Positions 1-10,317 of a stretch of 64,000 nt of DNA are shown here, one piece after another (within the stretch, counting starts at the first letter, position 1; every line of letters begins with the position of its first letter). This stretch comes from Hyphochytrium catenoides (lineage: Eukaryota > Protista > Hyphochytriomycota): the NCBI GenBank assembly GCA_900088475.1, contig FLMG01002562.1, forward strand, positions 1 to 64,000, read 5' to 3'. A program made the position numbers and the translations under genes. The notes under the pieces were generated by a model, which worked only from the letters and a program-made list of their open reading frames with translations, ran no database searches and was not told the DNA's origin.

Positions 1-1490
1 CTTTCTCTCTCTTCTTACGAAGATTTAGCCAGCTCACCCATAACCCTAGCCAAGAAGTGGCCGCCTTATTATTACCCTCCATCGGCTGAAGATTCTGATG
101 CCTTGCTTCATGGTCTCCTTACATCAAAAGAACGCCTGGATGAAGAAGCCGGTAACGGCCAAATGGTACTCCCTGATTGGCCGATATGTGAAACTCTCTA
201 CGAATCAGATTGAGGCATTGTAACTCTGTCCTTCCGATTGGCTGAGGTGTGAACCTCTCTACGAATCAGCTTGAGCCGATGAAGAGGGGACAGTCCTCTG
301 TACGAATCAGATTGCGGCATTGGAAAGTGGTGATGATGGCTTGGTAAGGGTTGTGATGACTGACTTTCTTCAGTAGTTGCTTTGATGCTTGATCGTGCCA
401 GGATGCCAGGACCGTCGTGGGGAAGACCGTGGAAGAGCTCTTCTGTTGCCTGTGTCTTTGTCTAACTTGCTGACCCTTGTTCCATACTGAAGCTTACTTT
501 CCTGATGGCAAGGTGTTAATTCTATGCTCTTGACAGTTGCGGTGGCCGGGTGCTGAAGGGAAAGCTGAGAAAGTAGGAGAAGATGAAGACAAGAGCGAGG
601 TTGTCGCGGACGATCATCTCGGAGGAAAGGAGAAGAGACAAAGCAATCGATGACTCTACGTCAAACTCTGTCTTGACGGTAAGAGCAGTTTGCCGACGCG
701 CTTGCAATGTTGTAGCATCGAGTCCCAGGCACAGGAGAGAAAGCGAGATAGAGTGACTAAATAGCGACATTGACTTTTCCCCCACAAGCTTGCGCCTTTG
801 TCTCCCTTGGATTAGAGTCCAAGGAGGTGGCCATGAAGAAGGTCAAGGAAGCTATCATCAATGGTGAACCAGTTCTTCTGGCCAGCCGCGCTGGACTTAT
901 TACTGCCAGAGAGAATTCGGCGACAGGACTAGGCCTCTCTCTTCGTGTCTGTCCTTCGGTTCCATAAGCTAACCTTCGCCTCTTCCGTTCGACAGACTCT
1001 TGGCTCTCGATCTCAAGTTCCGTCAAGACGAAAGGCGGGGCGGGGCCGCGTTGTTTAGGGGAGGAGGATACCAATTGATAGCGAGAATGTAACAGAAAGA
1101 AGGAAGAGGAGAGCTAGATAGAGAGAGAGAGAGGGAGCTATGAGAGGAGAGGAAAGAAGAGAAAGAATAGAAGCTATGGGAGAGAAAATAAGAAGAATGG
1201 AATAAGGTCCAAGCAGCAGAGCTCTCATCCCCCTCACCTGCAGTCTAGCAGATGCTGATGAGCCTGAACCAGCTGACGGACTGTCTAGAAGGTCTACAAC
1301 GTAACGAGATAGTGAAGGCAAAGGTGGAGTCTTATCTTTGTCGACGTAATAACAACTCCAATGTTGTCACGCTCCTCGCCAACCTGCCTCTTTCTTTGTC
1401 ACTGTGTAGAGAAGGAGAATCTCTCTCTGTCTTCTTAGCTGTTCAAAGGTTGAGATTGCTGTTGAAGAGCCCTAAGCTGATAACCTGAAG
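1..1490 (-). other. Possible decayed multi-exon gene of unknown identity, divergent from the kinase pseudogene
   Basis: Exon-like blocks with splice signals on the minus strand (e.g. ttgtag|ACCTTCTAGAC...CTGCAG|gtgag around 1240-1295) and Ser/Pro/Gln-rich reading frames interrupted by stops. No recognisable domain. Confidence 0.2.
172..322. repeat. Three degenerate tandem copies of a ~40-60 bp unit (core CTCTnTACGAATCAGnTTG)
   Basis: ctctctacgaatcagattgaggcattg (~194), ctctctacgaatcagcttgagccgatg (~255), ctctgtacgaatcagattgcggcattg (~296); the first two copies also share an upstream gattggcnga..tgtgaa. Confidence 0.75.
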
Positions 1491-1656
1491 TTTTGGGTGG
1501 AGGAGTTTGAGAAGGTATCAGAGAGAAGGAGTAAGCTGTATCGGGTGTCCTCTGACCCAATTCTCTATTTGTTCCTTTTTCTCTTTTTGCTCTTTATTTG
1601 CGGGTGCGTCCGGTTAACCTTCTCGCGCGCGTTTCTAAGGCACCATTGAAGGGCTG

Positions 1657-3160
1657 ACGACCATCAAGCACACCGCAGGAGAGAGAGCAAAGCCACTCGT
1701 CGTATTTGTGATGGGCGACCCAAAAGGTGGACCTTAGCTTCGCCGTCTTGTGACTCTCTCTCAGTTCTCTTTGCGCTCTCTCTCTCCTCCTTTTATCATC
1801 TCTCTCCCTATGGTCTCGCTCTTTATGCTACTCAATAGACTTCTCATTCCTCTAGTCTCCCTCTCCCTCTCTGTGAAAACTCTCTTCTTTGCCCTGTTTC
1901 CATGTGGTCCGATCCAGGCTCTGGTTAGGGAGCTCAATGTGAGAGGATAATCCAGAGGTCGGCTTCACGCACGTCTCTTTAGACTGCCTGAGGGCGAAGA
2001 GGAGAGACAGTGGATCTAAGGAGGGAGAGACGATCAATCAGGCAGGATGGCAGCCTCTCCTCTCTCCGTCTGGCTTCTGTTGTCCTGCTCTTTCTTTCCC
2101 GCACGCATAGAAATCACGTACTGGCTGCGTGCCTCTCTGTGCTCGTCTCGTCCTATTCTAGGCCTATCTTGACACTTCCCTAGCCAATTATCATCATATG
2201 CTTCACTTCCGAACTTCATCTCGCCTTCCCTACTTAACGTTTGCTCTACCGCCGTATCTGGTCATGTTTCTTGCCGCTATACTTTATGAAGGAGGGAGAG
2301 ATTGTGCCTGTTTCTGTCATAGTCAACCTTCTTCGCGAAGCTATGGCAAAAGAGAGCTTCGCTCCTTTTGGCGGTCTGCTACCGTTACTTTATTGACGTT
2401 TGATGGCGGAGCCTTTTGTCACTAGTTCTTTCTCCCTTTTCTCTCTCTCTCTTCCCTGATCTCTATTCTTCTCCTTCTTCATCAGCTTCCTATCCGGCTC
2501 TGCGTCGGTCTTCGCCTCCATATCTTCCTCATAGTGGTCGATCCATGTAAGGAGCTGATGTCCGGGCTCTTTTACAACTGCCCTCTGTCCCTCCCAGTGA
2601 TGAGCAAGCAGGCTCTGCTGATATTTCACTCTTTCCCTCTTCTTTTCTCTTCTCTCGTCTCTTTGGTAGAAGTCTTCTCTCTCTCTCTCGTTTCCTCTCT
2701 TCCTTCTTCTGCCGCTTCAAGGGAACACAAAGTTCCTGTCGGATGGCTTTCCCCGTAATAAACCTAGACAATCTTCAGGGCTTGGAAGGAAGTGACGGGC
2801 CACCACTCGGCTAGATTGGCCTTCGTTGTCTTCCCTGACTGCAAGACCGAGGTCATGGAGGTAGGCATGTCTCTCTAAATCTCCTCCTGTCTCGCTCTGC
2901 TTGTTTCGCTCTCTTTCTTCTTTGCTTTCTCTCTTGGATATTATCAAGGTTCTCTCCCCTCTCTTCAACCTCGTTCCCCGCTCTCAGTTTTAGAGACAAG
3001 CTTTTTCAAGTTATTGCGCTTTCGGTTTCTCTCTCTTCACTCTTTCTAACCCCTCCCCTTTGCTAGGGCACAGACTAGCGGGCGGCCGAAGGACAATTTG
3101 GAGACCATCAAGAAGCGCTTCTGGACCTACCAAGAAGACACCTTGCCAATTGTTCAGTAG
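1657..3160 (+). pseudogene. CMPK1: UMP-CMP kinase (adenylate kinase family) pseudogene, introns retained
   Basis: Spliced fragments read KPLVVFVMGDPK|GSG*GAQCERII..GFTHVS..RDSGSKEGETINQ, KFLSDGFPRN..DNLQ..LAFVVFPDCKTEVME and AQTSGRPKDNLETIKKRFWTYQEDTLPIVQ. These match UMP-CMP kinase motifs (VVFVLGGPGSGKGTQC, DGFPR, GRxDDNxExIKKRF). The P-loop Lys codon is TAG (1926-1928), there are several frameshifts, and an ACG sits where a start would be expected. Confidence 0.85.
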
Positions 3161-3809
3161 TGCTTCATCGTCAGATGACGCGATAGCGCAATTCTGACGC
3201 ATGACCTCTCCACCTCACTCCCATAAACTCTTTGCTACGGGCAGCAGCTCAGAGTGCCCCAACTCCGTTCTCTAAAGCACATCATCATACAAACGTTGCT
3301 GTTGTGCTCATCTTCACATTGTCTACTACTGTTTCTGCCGATGGCGCGTAGGTGGTTGTTGTCTGCTGAAAGAAGTGACCATTGAACATTCAAGGTGAAG
3401 GGGATTGTGCACTGCTTGAGTTCGATTACCTCACATTGCTTTTAGACGAACAACTTTCTGTGTGTGCCAAATTGAATAGGAGACGCTCTTTGTCAACACG
3501 TTGCTCACAATTAAATAGTGAGTAAGCAGCACCAAGAAGAGGAGAAGAGGAAGGGATGAGGACACAAGGTGCCACGACTATATCAATGCATAAGAACACA
3601 TCCGCGCCTACGGGAAGAGAAAAAAGAAGAAACGTACTACCTCTTAGTAGTGCTCAGCGACCTGTTGCTTGCACGACAGGCATATGTTGCTTCTTGTGAG
3701 TAGTAATGTGGTTTTGTGAGCGGGATAGGAGTGAAGTGTCCTCAAAACATCACATGGTGTCTGGCGCTACTTTTCGTCCTCTTTATCCGCGCAGTGATGA
3801 TGTTAGGGC

Positions 3810-6800
3810 TCACGTTATTTTACGGATGCGGTTGTTATTCATCTCTGCTAAGTAAAGAGTCCCAGTACTGGAGTTCACGGCAATGCCATAGAAGTGGTTG
3901 AACCTTGCAGCAGAACCAATGCCGTCGACATTACCCCCAAGGTTATATTGGCCTCCTAGAGTTGTCACAACGCCACGCGGAGTGATTCGAATGACGGTTT
4001 GTCCATTTCGCGTGTACACATTCCCATCCGTGTCGACTGCCACCCCAGTTGCCGATGAGGCTATAACATGAGCTCCGGTATGGTCTCGGAGGGTGGTAAC
4101 GTTGTTATCGGCGAGCCGAATTTTTCTGATCCTGCCATTACCATTGTCAGCCACGTAGAGAGTCTCTGCCTTGTTATCAAGGGCGAGGTCGCTAATGGTG
4201 GATAAGATCGCATCTTGTCCAATCCCATCCCTGAAAGTTACCGAAGCTGTTCTATTTCCCGCTATGGTCGTCACAGTTCTGTTGGGCGATATCTTACGTA
4301 TGAGCCTGTAGTCGGCCACATATACATTCCCGTCCTCATCTACCGCAATACCAGATATAGAGTTTGTGAACCTTGCTTCACTTCCGACGCCATCAGCGTA
4401 CCCAGCCCCAGCTCCATCTAACCCAGCGAGAGTGACCACGGTACCAGTCACCATTAGGACTTTCACGGTATATCCCACATGTCCATAGATGTTCCCTTGC
4501 TGATCCACGGTGATACTTCTGGGGCCTAAGAGCGCCTTAGCAAAAGTCGGAGTCCGAACGACACCATCGGTGCTCACTATCCGCAATTGGCTATTGCCCC
4601 ACTCGCTCACAACAAGCTCCCCGTTGCGTGGGTCGAAAGCGACAGATATAGGATCGTTAAACTGGGCTGCTGTCCCCCTGCCGTCCACTTTACCCATACC
4701 ACTTGCCCCTCCTAAACCAGCAATCGTCGTCACCGCTCCTGTTGAAGCCGACACTCGACGTAGATAATGATGGGTCAGCTGGAGAGTATAGAGCATCCCA
4801 AAGTCGAAATCTAGTGCGATCGCAGTGGGATTGTAGTGCTTCGCCGTGGTAGACGAACCATCCACGTTTCCCATGGCACCCGCTATACCGGATAGCGTAC
4901 TGACGCTACCATCCGGTGCAATGGCTCGGATAAGGTGCCTCATATGGTCTGCGATATAAAGTACGCCCGAGTACGGATCAACCGTAAGATCGTATGGACT
5001 ATAGAAGGTAGTCAAAGAAGAGTCATTGCCGTTGACGCTGCCGGTTGTCCCATTTCCGGCAAGGGTTGAGACGACGCCATTTACAATCTTCCGGATGCGA
5101 TGATTGCTTGTGTCCGCCACGTACACTGTACCAAAGGCATCTACTTCGACTCCCAGAGGACTATTTAGGAGGGCTTCGCTCGTGGCGAGACCATCCAGAA
5201 AGCCTGCAGTGCCCTTCCCGGCTAGCGTTGACACAACACCCCCAGCGGTTACCATGCGAATACGATGATTGGCTTTATCAGCGACATAAATAATTTCGTT
5301 TGCATCGACAGCGATACCCTGTGGAGTGTTAAAGCGAGCTGCTGACCCGACGCCATCAGCGAAACCTGGCACACCACTTCCGGCCAAAGTACTAACACTA
5401 CATGTCGGTGTGCGAGTAATCTTCCTTATCGCGCTGTTGCCACTATCAGCGATGTAGATGTTTCCTGACCCCGAGTGAACAGCTATGCCAACAGGATAAC
5501 CGAAGGCTGAGCTCAGACAGTCACCATTGACATGGCCTGCAAAGTAGGAGCCCGCATATGTAGAGAAAGTTCCATTCCGAGTTGCTTGGCGCACTAGGTA
5601 GTTCCCCGAATCCGCTATGAAAAGTGTGCCGGTTAATGAGTCATAAGCCAGCGCCTTTGCCATATAGAACCTTGCTATTGATGCGTTGCCATCTGTGGCC
5701 CATGGGCCACCTGCAAAGGTCGAAACATTACCTTGAATAGGTGGTACTGGAGCGGTAGTCAATGGAGGTGTGGTCGGCGGCGGCTCTGGTGTTGAGGTAG
5801 AGCTTGGTTCAACCGTCGGTGCAAGTGTCGTAGGGGATGCTGTTGTTGGAATAATAGGAGTGTTATCTGCTGCTGGTACCCCCACTGACTCTGTACCTGG
5901 CGTGGGAGTTGGCTCTGTGATGGCGTTGCAGTTGGCTGTGTAGTAGAGTCTATGCTTGGGTCTATGACAGGTTCGGTCGTTGGTTCTGTCGTTGTGGAAG
6001 GCGGCTCTTCTTGAGCTGCACTTGGAGTCGGTTGCTGCTCTTCTAGGTGGTGAACTGCTAAAGCCAATTCTTCGTCTAGAGTAAGAGGTACGTTGAACTC
6101 TTCTTCACGATAGCACGAACACACCGTAATCCCGTCTGGGTAACGAAGTGGCAACCTCCAAGAGGAGCTCGTTGCTCGGCTCAAGTCTCGGCATTGACAC
6201 ATTTTGATATTCTGAAGCCTATTTAAGATGATTGCCACTGGTGGGGTGGTATCTTCCAAGAAGCTCATATCAGTGCTGTCTGACCCCATCGTTCTGTCAA
6301 CTGAAGAAGCATCATCGCACAAGGCCGAATTTCTGTCTTCCCCGTCCAAGCAAGGGCTAGAAGAAAAACATGTAAGGCTTGCTAAGCTCTTGTTGTGGCA
6401 TGCCGAGGGAGCTGTAGACGAAGGTAAGGACGAAGAAGACGAGTTAGCGGTCCCGAGTGGCAGGGAACATGTGGAAGTCCTTATGACTGTCCCAGCGCAG
6501 TGCCGGCTTGCGAGGACGAGCAGCTGATGGACAGTTACCGGTTTGTTGTTGGCGCCATCGTATGGCCAGCTGTCGGTATTTATGAACGTCTCCTCGGCCG
6601 CAGTAGCGCTAAAAGTGGCCCCAACTTTCTGGCAGGCATGGCCCCAGTAGCCGGGAGGGCACTGGCAATTCCCAATCCTAGTGTCACAACGTCCGCGACC
6701 GCTGCATTCCTTAAGTGCTATGGGATGTAAAAGACTCTTGCTAGAAGAAGAGCCGTCGTCGGAGGTGCTGGTACGCCACCACACGGCGCCATAAGGGCAG

Positions 6801-7120
6801 GCACGCTGAGAGCAATCTTCCCCTTTCCACAGAGGAATGCGATTTGGACCGCGTTCACAAACACAATTTCCTGAGTGAGAGTCATATCCACCATGGCCAG
6901 AGCAGCCGTTCTTCGTGATGACGCCACCCTCCCAACCATTTTCCAATGCACTGTAGTGGCTGATGGATGGGTACTGGTGACCGAGAACTGCTCTACTGTT
7001 GATAATCTCCCCAGACAAGAACAAGAGGAAGGAAAAAACTACGAAGACAACGGGTCGCCAGTTAACGATGATCCTGGAGGACGGCGGAACAAGGAAGACT
7101 TGCGGCGACCCACGCATCAT
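3810..7120 (-). CDS. Intronless N-terminal TM/signal + EGF-like + Pro/Thr linker + NHL-repeat beta-propeller protein (~1,100 aa), split by one frameshift at ~5919
   Basis: ORF 5759..7120 has the hydrophobic VVFVVFSFLLFLS and tenascin-type EGFs (CSGHGG...CVC..., CSGRGRCDTRIGNCQCPPGYWGHAC). ORF 3810..5885 has ~12 NHL repeats (GFADGVGSAARFNTPQGIAVD...YVADKANHRIR). The two join through a P/T-rich linker if one base is restored. Confidence 0.8.
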
Positions 7121-7169
7121 ATCACTTAATAAATAGAAAGAAAGGCAGGCGACCTTTGCAAATACTACT

Positions 7170-9090
7170 ATAACAAAGAAGAGTTGTCGTGATCCTCCCG
7201 CAGCAGGGGTGCCGGCGCTATATGCCGTAAAGGCAAGTGCGGTGACAATCCAGCAGCCGCAGCCAGAGCAGCTACTACGAGGAGGAGGAGGTATAACCCT
7301 CGCTGCAAGAAATAAGAAATCAAAGCCAGATTGTTGTGCGCACTGCCCATCACCGACGACGAAGACGAGAGGAGGAGAAAATGCAAATGACGAGGAAGAA
7401 GCAGCAGCTACTTACTAACCTCTTGCTCTGGATGATACACCCCCATGCACACACGTTCCTTTGTTATTACACAGGTAAGCGCCAATCTTCCTTCACATTA
7501 TTGTGGTGGCTGGCAACAGCGAATGTGCTTGAAGAAGCTCGCTGTCCTCGCTCCGTGGGAGGCAAGGAAGGAGGGCCATTGTTCGCTCATCGAAGAGGAA
7601 TCAACTCTGCGTTCTTCTCGTTATCTATGGATGGCTTATATTATGGCTGCTAAGCCCAAGCGACGCAAGCAAGGGATGTATGTATCATGGGGGATTCTCT
7701 CCTTCAATCTCGGCGCCCGATCCTTGTACAAGAAACCCTCACTTTCCCCCCTCACCCCAAGTAACTGAAACTGCCACCACCTAATTCAAGCGATATAGTA
7801 AATATGGGGCAGCACTTGTTTTTTGCAGTCTTCTTATTCTCGGCACTGGCGCTTGAAGTCCTCCGGCAATAATTCATCAATTTCCAGAAGAAGAGATCCA
7901 GCGCCTCCTCCATCTTCAAAGTTGTTAGTTGGGCATCCCCGCCGCCAGCCGCCGAACGAGTGGTCACGCCTCCTCTTCTTTTTTTAGGATTTCTGAGCTT
8001 AATGACATCAGAAGACCACACTCAAACCGTCACCACTGACCTTCTTGTATTGTTGTATTACTTGTATCGTGCGTGAATGAAGAAGTGTGAAGAAGAGTAG
8101 TAGTCCCTTTATTGTTGGGCCTACTCTTCTCGCTCGTAGAAGAAGAACTCATTAATAATTGCTCCACCAAATCTCAACTAACTGTTGTTCTTGTTAGTGG
8201 CGCAGCTTGTAGCTTAGGTAGGTGCTACTACTAGGAACTACTTATTACTGCTTCTCTCTTCTTTCCTGCTTGCTTCTTCCTTTCTTCTGTCATTTTTCTT
8301 CCACATTGTCTCCTGAGCATCGCTCTTTTTTTCTGCTGCGATAAATGAGCCGGAAGCCCTTGTCGGTTGTGGTGCAGAGGAGATGGCTTAGTAGTCCTTG
8401 ACCGTTGTTGCTACTAGTATGGTAGTTCTGAACTACAATCGGCGGGAGGATCCTACTGCTGCTGCTGCTGCTGCTTCTTATTCTTCTTCGCTTCTTGCTT
8501 CTGTCCTTAACTTTTTTTCAGATTGTGTTTGTTCATCGCTCTCTCTGAGGCGGAATGCCGAGCCGTCAAGAACAACCACCCTTGCTTGTGCAAGAGGACG
8601 GTGATGGCTTAATAGTAAGAAGAGGACTTCATTGATGGCTCGCCGCTAGTAGCAGCTGAAGTGAATCTGGGATGATGAGAAGTCCTTCGTCGTCAGCGGT
8701 GGCTGTCATGAATGACGCTGGACTCCAATGAGTGCTTAATTACTAGTAGCAGGCTGCTGCTCCATGGATTGAAAAAGAAGAAGGTGATAGTGGCGGCGAT
8801 AGTTAGTGGCGGCAACAGGACTATAGAAGATAACGTTCCTGTGAGCCTTGGCCCAAGCTCCTAGCTCCTAGTAGCGAGCGCTCTGTTCCTGTAGGTAGAT
8901 GAGGAGGAGGAGGACAGCCAGGATGATGGATTGATGCTGCCTATTAATGCGATCACTGGTGGTGATGACATCATCAAAATGAAGAGAAGAGAACTGCTAG
9001 TTCCCACTGTTACAAGAGCGACCGTCAGGAAGACTCCCTCATCAGAAGTAGAAGTCAAAGTATAACTGAACCATTGTAAATAGACCACAT
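7170..9090. other. Trinucleotide-rich low-complexity region (GCA/GAA/AGT/GAG runs), possibly relic coding sequence
   Basis: Many short triplet runs (e.g. (GCT)n at ~8458-8475) but frequent stops in the frames I translated, no long ORF in the track and no recognisable domain. Confidence 0.3.
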
Positions 9091-10317
9091 CTTTTGTAAT
9101 CTACACAAGTTTATCATAACCTCACAAGCCTAACAGCTAGCCTAACACAACGGCCAAAATCCGCAACTTGCATTTTTGTGAAATATGCCCCTTAACTAAA
9201 CCACCGCACACACCCTGAATACCCTCATGCTCCGTTAAGAATAGGATGGCTTATCTGGCGGTTATTGGTAATAAAGAGGACCATTAGAGGCAGAATACGA
9301 AGAGGCATGATCAATCAACCGACGGGTGCATTACTATGCCGACCGGGAGGTCCGGCGCTAAAGAATAAGACTGCAAAAGCTGTATTACTGTTCCGCCAGT
9401 GAAGCTCCAGCCGTAGTAAGGATAATATTTAGATTATTCCTTTGCTAATTACCTGTCACGAGAAAATAGTACAAATAGAAGGAGCTACGCTTGTCGCTTG
9501 ATGATCGGACAACGAGGACCGTGGGACGAGGACATCTGCGGATCTTTCCTTCTCTGTCAACCTGACTCTCTCTCCTCTCCTCTCTCTCCTCCTCCCGCCT
9601 TCTCCGGTCTAACCCTTCCTCTTTCTCTCTCTCTCTCTCACCTCTACTTGTAGTCTCCCTATCTTTTCGCTCTCTCTCTCTCTCCTCTTTCCCTCTCGTT
9701 CCTGACAGTTTGTCTGTCTCTTCTCTTCTCTCTCTTTTCTGTCTTTTCCCTTGCATTGTTTCGGGTCAAGCTTCTGTCATCCATCCCAACTATTATTCTT
9801 TGTCTGTCTCACTTCTCTTCCCCTGCCTCCGCCAGGCCCGGCTATCCAGGAGTTCTATGTGCGCTCGATAGGGCTCAGGGCTCGCTTTCTGGTCGAAGCT
9901 GTACCACAAGGTGTATCTTTCTTTTCTCTCCTCCTGAGATGAGCCCAAGCAAGTTCACATGCATGTGACAGAGCGCGGCCTAAATGGCAAGGCAGGAGGT
10001 AAGAGGTAGGCTTTAGCACCAAGCAAGGAACATGCCCTGTCCATTGATGACTTCTGTGTTCACAATCTGCCCCACGCCAGGGCTAGTTCAGCCCAACAAA
10101 AGTCAAACTCAGATCACGCATCTCTGCTGGGGACTGACACTGTGAAGGACACGGGTTGTTCTCGCTCCGCACTCATTCTTCATTATAGGTTAATGATGGA
10201 CGTGCATGGATGGGCTTCTCTTTCACCCTGATGGTGGTCTCTTGATTATGCAAGATGCACTACTCACCTGAGGCAATCAGCTAGCTTCTCACCCATCGGC
10301 AGTCAAGGTCCGAGAGA

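Noticed and set aside
172-322. Repeat-spacer-like pattern resembling a mini CRISPR array
   Set aside because: Only three degenerate units, intervening sequences partly similar to each other, eukaryotic context and no cas genes.
960-1410. Faint similarity to 42720-43300 suggesting a dispersed repeat
   Set aside because: The matches are short and lie in GA/CT-biased sequence, so they are not distinguishable from compositional chance.
1700-2900. Initial impression of a DIRS/RNase H retroelement fragment
   Set aside because: The same bases translate far better as UMP-CMP kinase exons; no RT, integrase or terminal repeats were found.
9440-10000. Exon-like pieces with splice signals (…FWSKLYHK|, …MARQE|gtaag), faintly small-GTPase-like
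   Set aside because: No diagnostic motif (no GKT/DTAG/NKxD), and the candidate frames contain stops; identity cannot be supported.
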